A program made the translations under genes and the position numbers. Positions 35,530-49,300 of a DNA stretch of 64,000 nucleotides are shown here, one piece after another. The stretch is from Bacteroidia bacterium. Its GTDB lineage: Bacteria; Bacteroidota; Bacteroidia; NS11-12g; UBA955. The DNA lies in the NCBI GenBank assembly GCA_044224315.1, contig JBGAKR010000001.1:1298733-1362732 (forward strand), in the 5' to 3' direction. Positions within the stretch are counted from its first letter, which is position 1. The number at the start of each line of letters is the position of its first letter. The notes below the pieces were generated by a model. It ran no database searches. It saw nothing but the letters and a program-made list of their open reading frames with translations, and was not told where the DNA came from.

Positions 35530-38520
35530 TTATTTGTTTACCACTACAGGCACTTGTTGCACGCCTGCTGGGGTTACAATACGCACGTAGTAAATGCCAC
35601 CAGCCAGCTCAGCTGCATTTACAATTGCACTGTGTGCTCCTGCATTTTGCATTTCGTTTACTACCAGTGTTACCTGGGTACCGTTGCTGTTATAAACTGC
35701 TACCTGCACATTCTGCTCTGATGCCAGCGTGTAGTTTACAGTGGTAGTAGCAGTAGTTGGGTTTGGATAGCAACTTAGGGTAGAAACTGCATTTGCTTTT
35801 TCGGCATTGGCTACAGTTTCATTGGTATTGGCATTTTGATTACCCAGGTTTACCAATGGGTTTTTACCGTTTTTATTGGCCACACGGTTTATACCAGTAC
35901 CGGTGTAAGTGAAGTTTACGGTTTGTGAAACACCGCTAACACTGGTATACTTGTCCTTCGTATAGCTGTTGTATGCCATTCTGAAATAGTAGTTACCAGG
36001 CAGCAATTCAAGGCTGGTATTGCCATTGGCATCGGTAGTTCCAAATGTATTCCAGGCACCCTGGTGGTAACTGGCGCTTCCGCCGCTTATGCCGGCTGGG
36101 GTAGTGTTAGACAGGTTCAGGGTTACATAGGTGGTAGTGAAGGTAACGGTAGGAGTAGTTCCAATGTTCTGGTATTTTTCCTGGGTACCATTGCTGTAAC
36201 CCATGCGGAAATAGTAGTTACCAGGCAGTAGCTCCATGGTTTCAGTACCACCGGTGGTAGCACCCGATCCAAAAGTATTCCAGGCGCCCTGGTGGTATTT
36301 TAGGTTGTTGCCTTCGCCAAGCAGGTCGCCATTATGGTCGCGCAGTTCCATAGTTACCAGTTTGGTGGTAAAGGTAACGGTAGGAGTGGTACCAATGTTT
36401 TGGTATTTCTCTTGTGCACCATTGTTGAATTTAAGGCGGAAATAGTAGTTGCCAGGCAGTAATTCCATGCTGGCCTGGCCATTGCTGGTAACACCGGAAG
36501 CAAAGGTGTTCCATGCGCCCTGGTGGTATTCTACACCTGTTGCATCACTCAGCAAATCGCCATTGTGATCGCGCAATTCTACAATTACTTCTTTGGTTGT
36601 AAATGTTACAGTAGGGTTAGTACCCACATTTTGGTATTTCTCCTGCGCACCATTGTTGTATTTTAAACGGAAGTAGTAGTTACCTGGCAGCAACTCCATG
36701 GTAGCCTGTCCGCTACTGGTAGTACCTGTGGCAAATGTATTCCATGCGCCTTGGTGGTATTGCAGGTTGGTAGCTTCGCTCAGCAGATTGTTGTCGTGGT
36801 CGCGCAATTCTACGGTTACCAGGTTGGTGGTGAAGGTAACAGTTGGGGTAGTGCCTACATTCTGGTATTTTTCCTGGGCGCCATTGTTGTATTTAAGGCG
36901 GAAATAGTAGTTGCCCCCAAGCAGTTCCATGCTGGCTTTGCCACCACTGGTGGTGCCGCTGGCAAAAGTGTTCCATGCGCCTTGGTGGTATTGCAAATCG
37001 GTAGCTTCGCTTAGTAAGTTGTTGTTGTGGTCGCGCAGTTCTACAACTACATTTTTAGTTTGGAAGGTTACTACAGGGTTGCTGGCAATGTTCTGATAAA
37101 TTTGCTGTTTACCATTGTTGTAAGCCATTTCAAAATAAGCATTGGTAGTTCCGTTTGGCAACAAAGCCAGCACAGTTCCATTAGAATTGGTGCTGCCAAT
37201 GTTGGTCCAAGCACCGGTATGGTATTTGGCATATCCGCCAGAAAGTGGTGCATTGCTAGAGCTGATGAGTTTTACAACTACAGGTTTATAACTCATAGAG
37301 CAACCCGAAACGGTAATGGCCACATAGTTGTTGCCAACACCGCGGAAGTTGAAATTTAGGGTACCGGGCAATAATTCCATTGAGGGCTTGCTGAAATAGC
37401 GGTTGTCGCCACTTCCGCCATAAGCAATATCATAAGGCCAGCTAAGGCTAAGGTTCGTTGTTTTCCAGGTAAGGGTGGTATTTGCATTTGGAATGGTAAC
37501 ACTTGATTTTACCTCGGCGCTAGACTGGTAATTCATTTCGATAGAGTAAGTACCGGGGAAAAACTCAGCCTTGGTTTCGCCGCTGCTGTTGGTGCTGTTT
37601 GGCGAAGGGAAAAACCAGGTACCATAACTGGCGCCAATACCATAGCGGGCTGTTCCGCCAGAAAGGGGAGAACCGCCACAGGTTTCAAGTTTTAATGTAA
37701 CCTCGATGGTTTTGAACAGGAAATAAGCATTAGAATTAGAATTTTGTGGGCCCACAACAGCCGTTGTGTTGTTCACTTTGGCTTCGTAGCTGTGGGTGTT
37801 GTTTCCGTTTTGGATATCGGCCAGTAAACCATTTGAATTGGTAGAGCCCGATACAAAATAGGTGCTGTAGCTGCTACCTGCTCCACCGCGAAAAGTAACT
37901 CCAGAAATGGGGTTGCCATTATGATCCTGCACACGCAGTATAGAGATGGTTTTTTCTACAGAGGTTAATCCTTCATAATTCAGTGTAAAGGTGTAGCCGC
38001 GCACATCATTCCATACGTAACCTGTTTGGATTTCCATGATGTTGCCGTAGTAATCGCGCGGAAACAACTCACGGCTGTTCCATACGCCCGATGTTTGGCC
38101 AAATGAGCTCCAGCTGCCCGATGTTTTAAAATCGAGGTAGCCACCCGAAAAGTGAAGGGTAACATTGGTGGTTTTGAAATTGTAAACATCGCCGCTGGCG
38201 CTGGATACAAAGGTTTGGCGAGCAGTGCTTGTTCCACTGTAGTGGGCAAACATGGTGTAGGTAGATCCTGTGGTTAAGCTGATTGTAGTACCAACTGCAT
38301 ACTCCCCAACGTAGTTAGGGCCCTTGAACACCTGGTACTTGGCACCGGTTAATGCACCACCTGTGCTGCTGGTAGCGTTTACGGTTAAGTCACCTGCATA
38401 AGCGTTAGAAACAAAAAGAAGACCACAAAGTGCAGCCAGTTTACCAGCTGCTGATTTTAAAGACCTGGATTTTGATTTTCTCAAAATGAGGCCATTTTTT
38501 AGTGTAAATAAATTTTTCAT
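35530..38520 (-). CDS. T9SS cargo protein with about 6 tandem ~80-aa repeat modules and type-A CTD
   Basis: Modules YQNVGTTPTVTFTT.LVTVELRDH.NNLLSEAT.LQYHQGAWNTFA.G.TS.G.A.MELLPGNYYFRLKYNNGAQEK repeat about 6 times. C-terminal LSCYPNPTTATTTVNYTL...GIYYVRIVTPAGVQQVPVVVNK. Confidence 0.8.
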   Translation of the reverse strand: MKNLFTLKNGLILRKSKSRSLKSAAGKLAALCGLLFVSNAYAGDLTVNATSSTGGALTGAKYQVFKGPNYVGEYAVGTTISLTTGSTYTMFAHYSGTSTARQTFVSSASGDVYNFKTTNVTLHFSGGYLDFKTSGSWSSFGQTSGVWNSRELFPRDYYGNIMEIQTGYVWNDVRGYTFTLNYEGLTSVEKTISILRVQDHNGNPISGVTFRGGAGSSYSTYFVSGSTNSNGLLADIQNGNNTHSYEAKVNNTTAVVGPQNSNSNAYFLFKTIEVTLKLETCGGSPLSGGTARYGIGASYGTWFFPSPNSTNSSGETKAEFFPGTYSIEMNYQSSAEVKSSVTIPNANTTLTWKTTNLSLSWPYDIAYGGSGDNRYFSKPSMELLPGTLNFNFRGVGNNYVAITVSGCSMSYKPVVVKLISSSNAPLSGGYAKYHTGAWTNIGSTNSNGTVLALLPNGTTNAYFEMAYNNGKQQIYQNIASNPVVTFQTKNVVVELRDHNNNLLSEATDLQYHQGAWNTFASGTTSGGKASMELLGGNYYFRLKYNNGAQEKYQNVGTTPTVTFTTNLVTVELRDHDNNLLSEATNLQYHQGAWNTFATGTTSSGQATMELLPGNYYFRLKYNNGAQEKYQNVGTNPTVTFTTKEVIVELRDHNGDLLSDATGVEYHQGAWNTFASGVTSNGQASMELLPGNYYFRLKFNNGAQEKYQNIGTTPTVTFTTKLVTMELRDHNGDLLGEGNNLKYHQGAWNTFGSGATTGGTETMELLPGNYYFRMGYSNGTQEKYQNIGTTPTVTFTTTYVTLNLSNTTPAGISGGSASYHQGAWNTFGTTDANGNTSLELLPGNYYFRMAYNSYTKDKYTSVSGVSQTVNFTYTGTGINRVANKNGKNPLVNLGNQNANTNETVANAEKANAVSTLSCYPNPTTATTTVNYTLASEQNVQVAVYNSNGTQVTLVVNEMQNAGAHSAIVNAAELAGGIYYVRIVTPAGVQQVPVVVNK

Positions 38521-38697
38521 GACATCTCAAAGCTAGGCAGGAATTGACTTTTACAATGTGATGACAGACACGTAATTCAGCAATTCATGCCTGGGATTTA
38601 CCAATACCAAATACTAATTTACCAAACAGTTATTAGGGTTTATTAAACTGTTTTTTGAGATTTTTTAATAAGTGTCTTGTAGTTAGTATATTACAAA

Positions 38698-38731
38698 AAA
38701 AGGGCTGCCTGCATAGCAGACAGCCCTGGGT
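38698..38731. terminator. intrinsic terminator after the 1518-aa cargo gene
   Basis: aaaaaaagggctgcctgcatagcagacagccc hairpin with a T-run on the minus strand. Confidence 0.45.
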
Positions 38732-38749
38732 TTATGAATGATGAAAAAA

Positions 38750-41700
38750 TTACTTGTTTACCATTACAGGGATTTGTTTCATACCGTTGGCGGTTACCAC
38801 ACGGATATAATACAAGCCACCTGCAAGTTCAGAAGCTGAAAGCACCACAGTATGGTTGCCAGCAGCCTGATTTTCGTTAACCAACATTTTGATTCTTGCA
38901 CCTGCAGTGTTGTACACTTCAACCTGCACGTTTTGAGCAGAATTAAGGGCATATGCAACAGTTGCATTGTCGGTAAATGGATTTGGGTAAGCAGTTAATC
39001 CGTTTACAGCAACCGCATTTACTACACCAGCAGCAGCTTCAGTAGAAGCAGCCTGATTGGCCACTTTTTCATTCGCATTTACCTGGGCATCTTTGCCAGC
39101 TGTGTTGGGGTTTTTGCCATCTTTTTGGGCAGTTCTGTTAATACCACTACCAGTGTAAACATAAGATACATTGTAAGTGCCGTTTACCAAAAAGCTGCCT
39201 TTTTGTTTGCTGTAAGAATTATAGTTCATACGGAAATAGTAACTGCCAGGCAGCAATTCTTTTACTGCATTGCCGTTGGCGTCGGTAGTTCCAAAACTGC
39301 TCCAGCTTCCGTTTGAGTAATAGTCACAAGTGGCACCGCTAATGTTGTTGGTTCCGTCATCCAGGTGCTGGGTTACAGTTACAGTTTGGAAATCCACAGT
39401 TTGGTCGGCATTGATGGTCATGCTGCCCACCTGTTGGGTTTGGTTGGCATAGGTCATGCGGAAGTAGTAACTACCTGGCAGTAACTCCATAGTTTCGGTA
39501 CCTCCTGTGGTGGAACCCGAAGCAAATGTATGCCATGCGCCGTTGCTGTAATAGCCCAAGCTGGTAGCATCCCAGGTACCTGTTCCGGCAGCATTATTCA
39601 GTTTTAGGGTAATAGCCCTGGTTTGGAAGTTAACGGTTTGTGAAGTACCGCTTACACTCATGCTACCTTGCTGTTGGGTTTGGTATTCATAAGTCATACG
39701 GAAGTAGTAGCTGCCTGGCAGTAACTCCATAGTAGCAACACCTGATGTGGTACTGGATGGGCTGAAAGTATGCCAATTGCCATTAGAATAGTACGCCAGG
39801 TCGGTAGCATCGTGTGTTCCGGTTCCGGCTGCATCGTTCAGTTTTAAAGTAACAGCGGTAGTTTGGAAATCAACGGTTTGTGAAGTACCGCTAACACTCA
39901 TACTGCCTTTTTGCTGGGTTTGATCCATATAGGTCATACGGAAATAGTAGCTGCCGGGCAACAATTCCATAGTAGCTACTCCATTGGTTGTGCTGCTTGG
40001 AGAAAAGGTGCGCCAGTTACCATTAGAGTAGTAGCCTAGGCCTGTAGCATCGTGTGTACCGGTTCCAGCCGCATCATTCAGTTTAAGAGTAAGGGCTGTG
40101 GTTTGGAAGGTAATGGTTGGATTGGCTCCCAAAGATGCAATGTTGATTGAACCTTTTTGTTGGGTTTGGTAAGCATAGGTTAAGCGGAAATAGTAGTTTA
40201 CAGGCAATAGCTCCATGCTGCATTTGCCGCCCGAAGTAGCACCCGAACCGAAAGCATTCCAGTTGCTGGCATAGTATCCAATATCAGTTCCTTCATTGTT
40301 ATACAATGTACCGGCACTGTTGCGCAATTCTACCACTACATTTTTAGTTTGGAAGGTTACAGTAGTAGTTGTATTAATATTATAGCTACCCAATTGCTGA
40401 GATGCATTGGCGTAGTTCATACGGAAATAGGCATTGTTTACACTTGAGGGGAACAATACAAGTGCATTACCACTGCTGTTAGTAGTACCTACACCATTGG
40501 TCCAGCTGCTTACATAGGCATCAACCACACCACCGGCAATGCCAGCTCCACTGCTGTTAAGCAATTTTACAACCACTGCTTTTTGGTTTAATGAGCAACC
40601 ACTTACAGTAAGGTTGGCATCTATTCCACCAATTTTAAATACATAACTACCGGGTAGTAAATAGCTGTTGTTTGTAAACGACCAGAAATAACCATCGATA
40701 TTGCCTTTGAATGAAATGCCGCTGCCATTGATAGTAACAAGGGTAGTGGTAAATGGCACATCCTGGCTGGTACCACTAATTGCGGTTCCGCCGGTTTTGT
40801 TGTTATAATGGTTATAGCTCATAGAGATATCGTAGGTTTCGGGCAGCAGGTCCAGTGCAAGCACACCTGCGCTGGTATTGCCCATATTCCAGTAATAACC
40901 ATCTATATTGCCTTTGATTGACACGTTTCCGGCACCTGCAGTTACCAAAGCATTGTTACAATCCGTAATTTTTACATTGGTGCGGGTGGTCGCAAAATCC
41001 ACATTCTGATCGGTTCCGGAAATCGCTACACTGGTTTTTGTATTGCGGCCATGGTTGTAATCCATGCGGAAATCGTAGGTTTCTGGCAACAGGCTTATAG
41101 AAACCACACCGTTTACAGAGTTGCCCATATTCCAATAGTAACCATCGATGTTTCCTTTGATAGAAACATTGGCACCAGTGGTAGAAATAACATTGTTCTG
41201 GTAATCCAACACGCGAACTTTAACACAGGTTGTGGCGAAGTTCACATTTTGGCTGGTACCACTTATGGCTACACTGGTTTTGGTATTGCGGCCGTGGTTG
41301 TAATCCATACGGAAGTCGTAAGAATTAGGCAACAGATTCAAATCCAGTATGCCATTTGCAGTGTTGCCCATGTTCCAGAAGTAACCATCAATATTGCCTT
41401 TGATAGACACGTTGGCTACAGCTCCACCCGATGGAGCAGTAGGACCGCTGATGCCATAGAATGCACCCTGGCTGCCTTCCAGAATCTGGCGATCGGTGCT
41501 TGATAATTCTGCGCCGAAAGTTACAATTTCAGAAATCCAACCATCCAGGCCGGTTACTAAATCAGCGCGACTGCCAATGTATAGAGGCTGGCCTGCATCG
41601 CTGTAGTGGCTGCCAATAGAGCTTGATCCGTTGGAGCTGCCATTGTAGTAAGTATTGAGGTTGCCACCTGGGGTACCTTGGTAAGTCCAGATGCCAAGTG

Positions 41701-43134
41701 GTTTAGAAGCATTAAAGCTGTTTGTATGATCGATAAAAGTATAGTTACTGCCAGTACCAACTACAAAACGGGCATTGTAAAAATCAAGCGGAGCAGGTAC
41801 ATTTTTGCTGCTTGCACCAGTTTTGTTTACAATTGCATTGTAGGTAAGGTTGCTGTTTACTTTAGCCACACCGTTGTAAGAAACACCGCTGCTGTAGGCA
41901 GTAAAGTTAGAGGTGAATAAACCATAGTTCATACCCATAAAACGGATGGCTGGGCGGCCATTTTGTCTTTCAACCACACCGGCTTTCAAAATGCGGGGCT
42001 GGCGGCCTGTATTGCTTTGGCCGGCATCACGGCTGTTACCGCTTTGGTCATACCATTTTGTTACATAAGCATCACCATTGGTGCAAGCGCTGGAAACAAA
42101 AGTTTTTATTGCTGCAGTATCCAAATCTCCGTTGGTTGTAAATCCAATATCGGTTTCGGCATTGTCGCAGCTGCGGCGGATACGAATGGCATTGCCACTG
42201 TAATCGCTGCGCAATTTGCGCAATGAAAACGATGCTGGAGAAGATTGGCTGATAGCGCCCAGTGGGTTTTCGCCACCGGTCATTATACCATTGCAATTGC
42301 TTACAGTAACTTTAACACAGGTTGTAGTAAAATCTACATTTTGGCTGCTGCCAGAAATGGCTGCTGATTTTTCGTTGCGGCCGTGGTTGTAATCCATGCG
42401 GAAATCGTAAGTGATACCCCCCAGCAGGTTTATTTCTAAAACGCCAGCTGTGGTATTTCCCATATTCCAGTAATAACCATCGATATTGCCTTTTACAGAT
42501 ACATTAGCTGCCGAACCGGTGGTAACCAGTCCGTTGCAATTGTTTACGCGAACTTTTACGCAGGTTGCAGTAAAGTCTACATCCTGGGTGGTACCGCTAA
42601 TGGCTACACTTGAATTGTTGCGGCCATGGTTGTAGTCCATCTGGAAATCATAGGTATTTGGCAGCAAATACAGGCTTTTAACCCCCGATGAGGTATTGCC
42701 CATATTCCAGTAATAGCCATCTATATTGCCTTTAATGGCAACATTTCCGCTACCTGCAGTAATAATACCATTGCAGTTTTTTAGGTTTACAGAAACTTTG
42801 GTAGTTTGGAAAAATACAGAATCAACGCCGGCGGTTGCTGTTAAATAGTTGCGGCCATGGTTGTAATCTACATAGAACTGGTAAGAATTACCGGCTGTAA
42901 GATTGGGGATTACCAATGCACCATTTGTAGTGGTACCTTGTGAGTAATAGTAGGCTCCGATTTTCATGTAAACGGCTGCTGTTGCACCCGAAACGGTAGA
43001 CGAACCTGTCTCATCCAACAGTTTCACCGTCGGACTGACCATGGTAGGTGGGGTAGAGGCGACGACCTTCTGTAAGAAGAGCATCGAAAATCCTGCTGCC
43101 ATCAGCAAACACGATTTTTTAATTAGTAGTTTCA
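38750..43134 (-). CDS. T9SS cargo protein with tandem ~95-aa modules (NVSIKGNIDGYYWNMGN...DFRMDYNHGRN) and type-A CTD; paralog of the 996-aa gene
   Basis: Start taken at MKLLIKKSCLLMAAGFSMLFLQ (signal peptide). The track's 57-aa N-terminal extension overlaps the upstream gene's terminator hairpin. The C-terminal half shares MELLPGSYYFRMTY modules and the CTD LTAYPNPFTDNATVAYAL...GLYYIRVVTANGMKQIPVMVNK with the 996-aa protein. Confidence 0.8.
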
Positions 43135-43293
43135 TTTTCAAATTAGTTGTTTTAATGGAACAACAATAATATGTAATATACTTACTACCCATTTTTGAAA
43201 CAACACCAAGGAGCATTCTCGATTTACGAATGACAGGAATAGATTTACGTATAATAAATACACAGATATTTAGAAAGTTACAACATGCATTAA

Positions 43294-43328
43294 ATAAAAA
43301 GGCCATGCAAACTGCATGGCCTGTAATG
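43294..43328. terminator. intrinsic terminator after the 2141-aa gene
   Basis: aaaaaggccatgca-aac-tgcatggcc: perfect 9-bp stem with the run on the minus strand. Confidence 0.55.
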
Positions 43329-43347
43329 CTTTTAATTTGAATAGCAA

Positions 43348-46300
43348 TTAATGCTGCACTATAATCTTGCTGCTTAACACTGTGCCATTCATGTTTACAT
43401 GAATAAGGTAAACACCGTTGCTGAATTCTTTCAGCGAAATGCTGTTGTCGGTGGCGGTATTCATGTTTTTAGATAAAAGTACCTTTCCATCCAGCGAAAT
43501 CACTTTAACATCTGCCGTTTCCAAGCCTTCGGGCCATACCAGATTCACAGCGGTATTGGCCGGATTTGGGTACAATGTAAGGGTGGTTGGAATCATCAGA
43601 TTCAATCGGGCTGCAACCATATCCGAGGTTTCGGAAAGATTGTTATTGTCTACAAGTTTCAAACGGTAGTAATATAGTATACCGGCTTTGGCATTAAGGT
43701 CATTATAGCCATAGCGGGTTTCAGTGCTGCTGTTTCCGATTGCGGCCACTGTGCCGATTTTTACAAAGTCTTTACCATTTTCGCTGCGTTCTACATCAAA
43801 GCGGGCTGCATTGTTTTCGGATGCTGTAGCCCAGCCTACATGGATGTATTTGTTGTTTACACCATTGGCAGTGAGGTACAACAATTGTACTGGCAATGGA
43901 GTAAGCCCCAAAGGACCAGCTCCTCCGCCGCCACCGCTAAAGCCGGTAACATTAAACTGTGCATAATAGTTGCCAGCCGTGCGGTTGCCCAGCACCCATG
44001 AAGTATCAGTGGCTACTGAGCTGTAGGTTATTACTTTTACATCACCCTGGTTTAGTGAAGGCACAGATGCATGTGCGGGTTTACCACTATTAATTACTTT
44101 CCAGAAACTTAAATCATTGGCATTGAAAATACCGGGCAATCCGTTGGTGGTTAATGTATTATCGAGTGAAGCAATATCGCTGCTGTTAAAATAGAAGCGA
44201 ACGGCCACTTTGCTGCTTGGCTGAGTTGTTGGAGATACATTCCAGGTGCGGTCCATAGCAGCATATCCAAATGAGTTTCCTACAAAACCTACATGATTTG
44301 CATAGAAATTGCTTCCGGTACTGTTAATCTTTAAGCTAATTCCATTATCCGGAATAACTGCACCTGTACCCCCCAGTTTTAAGCTCAGTAACAGTTTGTT
44401 CTGGCAGTCGCAATAGTGCGTAAATCCGCTGGATGGGCTGGTATAGCTTTGGGTAGAAGTATAGGTACCTGCTGCTGTTGCTGCAGTGCTGGTGCTATCA
44501 CACAATGGAGCACAGCTTACACCTGTAGTTACACCTCCTGGTGCAATCCAGTTACTGCCCGAACCTGTGAGAGCAAAGTTTGTAAGTGTGCCGTTAAAGC
44601 TTCCCGATGCGTTGTCGGTGAGGCTGGTAACACTGGTGTTGGTGCCGCTGGCCAAACCCTGATTAAATTTATAGTAAGCCAGTAAGCCATTTGGGGTGCC
44701 AGACAATTCACAGTTCATATGACCCTGAATCTCGGCCTGGCAAAGCACTTTGTTCCATACTCTTACCTCATCAATACTACCATCCATGGTATAGCCCGAG
44801 TTCCAGGCACCAATCTGATGACTGCCGCCGGTATTGGTACCCATGCTGCCAGAGGCTACCTGGGTTCCGTTTACATACAAGGTACCGGTGCTTGTGCTGG
44901 CATCGTAAGTAATGGCCACATGGGTCCATGCACCCTGGGTAAATGTAGCCGCTTGCTGCACCCTGGCGCCACCCGATGTAAAGCTGTTGGCAGCAGTAAG
45001 TTTGCCACCTTCAATCCAGAAAGGTTGGTCGTTGCTGGAAACGATATTCATATCAGCACCGGCACCTGAACGCACATTGATCCAGGCTTCTTTGGTATAG
45101 GAAGAAGAAGCGGGTATAACGCTGCCAATGGTTACATAGTCATTGCTGCCATCAAAGTTTAGCGCGGCGCCGGGGGTTACGCTGTTGCCTTGCAATGTAA
45201 AGTCATAAGCAGCCTCATCACAATCATTGCTGTTAATGGTAAGGATGGCAGATTTGCTTCCGGTGCTGGTAGGCAGGAATGTAACGGTTACAGTAGCAGA
45301 GCCACTGGCAGCTATGGGGCCGGCTGGATTTAATGCACCCACGCTGAACAGAGTAGGATTGGCACCAGAAAGGCCGATGCTGGAAATGGTAATGGGTGAA
45401 ACGCCCAGGTTTTCGATGGTATAAGTGCGGGTAAATGGAGTATTTACGTTCACATCGCCAAAGTCGGTATGGTCTGCAGCGCTAGGAGTAACATCACCAT
45501 CGGTTATGCTCACACTATTGCCTTTTACGTTAATTTCTGGTCCATAAGCTGCGCATGAAATTCCACTTGAAACGGCAGCATCGCCAATCCAGTTAGAGTT
45601 GCTGCCACTTAGTGTAAAACCATTGAGTGTGCCGGTATTTCCGTTTCCGGTTGCATCGCTAAGGCTGGTAATGCCGGCATTGCTGCCAGATGCTATGCCC
45701 TGGTTAAAATGGTAATTGGATACCAGATTAGAGCCCACAGTAGCAATTTCACAGTTTTTGTTGTTCAGAATTTCTTCTACACACAATGCACGCGACCAGA
45801 TTCTAACTTCATCTAAAGATATGTTACCTTCTTCGCCGCTGCCGTTTAAACGACCGCCTAAGCGCCATGCTGCAGATGTAAGATTGGCATTTAAAGTATG
45901 GGTTGATACCAAAGAACCATCCATATATACATTCAGGGTAGTACCCAAACGGGTAAAGGCCATATGGTGCCAAACACCAGAACCCAGATTGCAATTCATA
46001 TTGCCGTTAGATCCATAGGCTATGCTCCATGCAGGAATGCCCGAACCGAAAGCGTATACCTGACCAGCTACACCGGGTGCAGCATCAATTACTGATATTT
46101 CAAACAGGTCGCCCGAGGTACTGATAATGCGCGGGAAAGCACCAGAGCCTGTTCCGTTTTTCTTTACCCAAAATTCAACTGTAAAGTCGGTAAGAGAAAG
46201 GGTAGGAAGTGCTACATAATCACCCGATCCGTCGAATTGAAGAGCAGAACCGGGGAAGTTGGTACCACCATTGGCGTTTGCAAGTGCAAATGGGCTAAAG

Positions 46301-49300
46301 GTTGTAAAGTTAACGCTGGAGGTAATGCTTCCGCTGCCATTGGCAGATCCGGTGCCACCTATATTGTCCCAGTTTCCGCCATTGCCTTTTACCAGACGCA
46401 GGTTGCTGTTGTCGGTAACACCATCATCGGCTCCGTAAAACAATTGCACACTTGCAGCGCTGAGGTTGCCGGTTGCAGAACGGTCGATTTGCCAGTAACG
46501 CACAGGCGACACTTTGTCTACAGTACCTGGCAGGGTCAGTCCCAGTGTTTGGGCGCTTATGTTTTTAACTTCGGCAGTATAGTCAAAGTTGGCAGCAGAG
46601 GTATGGGTAACATTCAGCAAAGCCTGGCGGTATTGGCTGCCGGCCCCTATGGGGAAGAAAATATTGTTGTTTACACCATTGTTTGCAATCATGCGCACCA
46701 TAGGGCCGCTTACAAACGAGTTGCTGTTACCACCACTCACACCCACAGTTCTGTCTACACGGAGCAGATTGGATGAGGTGGTAATCATTTTACCATTTTG
46801 GAAAGAAATAGATTGTGAAGCACCGGCATCGAGGGTACAGGTAGAAAGCAGTGTAACATTGTTAGCCGCTTTGTCTACGATAATTGAACCGTTAAACAAG
46901 GCAGTAGCGCCGGTCAGGTCAAAGTTTTGGGCATTGCTGCCGGTGAAAATGAGTTTGCCGTTACCACCATCAAAAGTAGAGGCTACGGTAACATTGCCAC
47001 CTGCGGTTACAAGGTTGTTGCTGATCCCATCTGTATAGGTAAGGTTGTTTAATACATCCAGCGAGTCGCCGGCGCCGTTTGCAAAAATTGAGTTTGTACA
47101 ACCGGTTGGGGCGTTCAGATTGAGGTTGTAAAACCGGGTGTTGTTTATAACGTTTATGGTAAAGGTAAACTGAGTGCAACCAGCCGTTGGGCTCAGTACT
47201 ACATTGCCGTTGTTGTGTACAAATGTTCCGCCGGTTTGGTTAAACAGGTTGTTACTACTGGTTTGAGAACCGCCTATGTTAAAGGTGCCGCTTGGGGCAG
47301 TAAATGAACCGTTGAACAAGGCAAAGCCCTGGGTAGAAAAATCGGTGGTACCTCCAGCGGGTGTCACTGCGCCTAAGCTTTTGTCTACAATCAATTTGCA
47401 GGTGCGCAACCCGCCGGTTGTAAACGAATAGGTTTGGGCAGTATTGCCATTCATAGTAATGGTGCCATTACCTCCGTCAGAGGTGTTGGCTACAATCAGG
47501 TTGCCCTTAAGCTCAAAATCGCCGTTGACAGTACCATCGGTATGGGTAAGATCGCCCACTACATTTACTACATCGCCGGTAGCGGTAACAAATATGGGGT
47601 TAATACCGCAACTTTGGGTTCCGTTGATAATGAGGTTAAAAAAGTCGGTTCCATTTAGCACATTCAGTGTAAAGGTAAGCTGGGTGCAACCCTGGTGATT
47701 GGGGTTCAAGGTTACAGTGCCATTGTTGTGGTCAAATACACCCCCGGCATGGTCAAATAAAACCACGCTTGAATTCCAGATTCCACCAATATTGAATACA
47801 CCGGTTGGCGCTATAAACATGCCGTTATTCAGTGTAAAGCTTTGGGTTGAAAGATTGGTTGTACCAGTTTCCGGTGAAAGCACACCGGCAGTTTTATCTA
47901 CTACCAGCTTGCAGGTACGCGCAGCCCCGGCAGTGAAAGTATATTTCTGAAACCCGGTGCCATTGGCTGTAATGGTTCCAGAACCCCCGTCAGAAGTAGG
48001 ATCAATAAACAAGTCTTGCTGAAAAGAAAACAAGCCATTGATTATACCATCTGTATGGGTAAAATTATGCACGCAGGCTGCCACATCGGCCCCTGCAGTT
48101 GTAATAACGGGGTTTACACTGCAACTGGGTGTACCGTTAATTTGAAGGTTGTAAAACAGGGTTGAACTAATAACATCCAGGGTAAAGGTGAGTTGAGAAC
48201 AACCGGATTGATTTGGATTAATTATTACAGTACCATTATTGTGGTTGAAGGTACCTCCGGTATGGGTAAACAAGTTTTGGCTGCTAGTCCAGAAACCTCC
48301 GGTATTTAAACTACCCGAAGGTGCAGTAAAAGAACCTGCCAGCAAACTGAAACTTTGAACTGAAAGATTTGTAGTGCCACTAAACGGAGTAAAAGTACCG
48401 CCAGTTTTGTTCACAATAAACCGGCATGTGCGGTTGCTTCCAGAAGCTACTGAGTATGTTTGATTATTACTGCCGGTAGCTGTAATGGTTCCGGTTCCGC
48501 CATCGGCATTGCTGCCAATAATTAAATCTCCTTCAAATTCCACACTACCGTAAAACAAACCATCTGTGTGTGTCAAAGCCCCTAAGGCGGTTACCACATC
48601 ACTGGTAGCGGTAGTAATTACCGGGTTCACACTGCAACTGGGTGTAGCATTCAGTTTTAAACCAAAAAGCACAGTGCTTGGAATTACATCAATGGTAAAT
48701 ACCAATTGGCTGCAACCCGTTTGAGTAGCATTTATTTCTACGGTACCATTATTATGGTTAAAGGTACCTCCGGTATGGTTAAAAAGCACTTGGTTGCCGT
48801 TAAAGATACCTCCACTATTTAGGGTGCCTGAAGGCGCAGTGAAAGTACCAGCCTGTAGTAAAAATCCCTGGCAGGCAAAATCGGTAGTACCTCCGGCAGC
48901 GCTGAGGGTTCCGGCTGATTTATTTACATCGAGCTTTGCAGTCCGTCCACCGCTGGTGTATGCATAAGTTTGGGCGCCACTGCCATTGGCAGTTATAGTT
49001 CCGCTTCCACCATCCGCATTTGCTCCTACAATAAGGTTGCGCTGAAAGGCGAATGCACCGGTAACAAATCCATCTGTATGGGTAATGTCGTTGGTTACAT
49101 TCACCACATCGCCGCTGCCACTAGCAATGGCGGGGTTTACCGAACAACTGGGGCTTGCATTCAGGCCCAGGTTGTAAAAGTCGGTTCCGGCAATCACATC
49201 TATGGTATAGGTTATTTGTGAGCAGCCAGTTTGGTTGGGGTTGATATTTACTGTTCCGTTGTTGTGGTTAAAGGTACCAGCACTGTGGTTGAAAATCGTT

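Noticed and set aside
43135-43306. 57-aa N-terminal extension of the 1518-aa ORF
   Set aside because: It spans the perfect terminator hairpin of the upstream gene (43301-43323). A canonical signal peptide starts at the internal MKLLIKK methionine.
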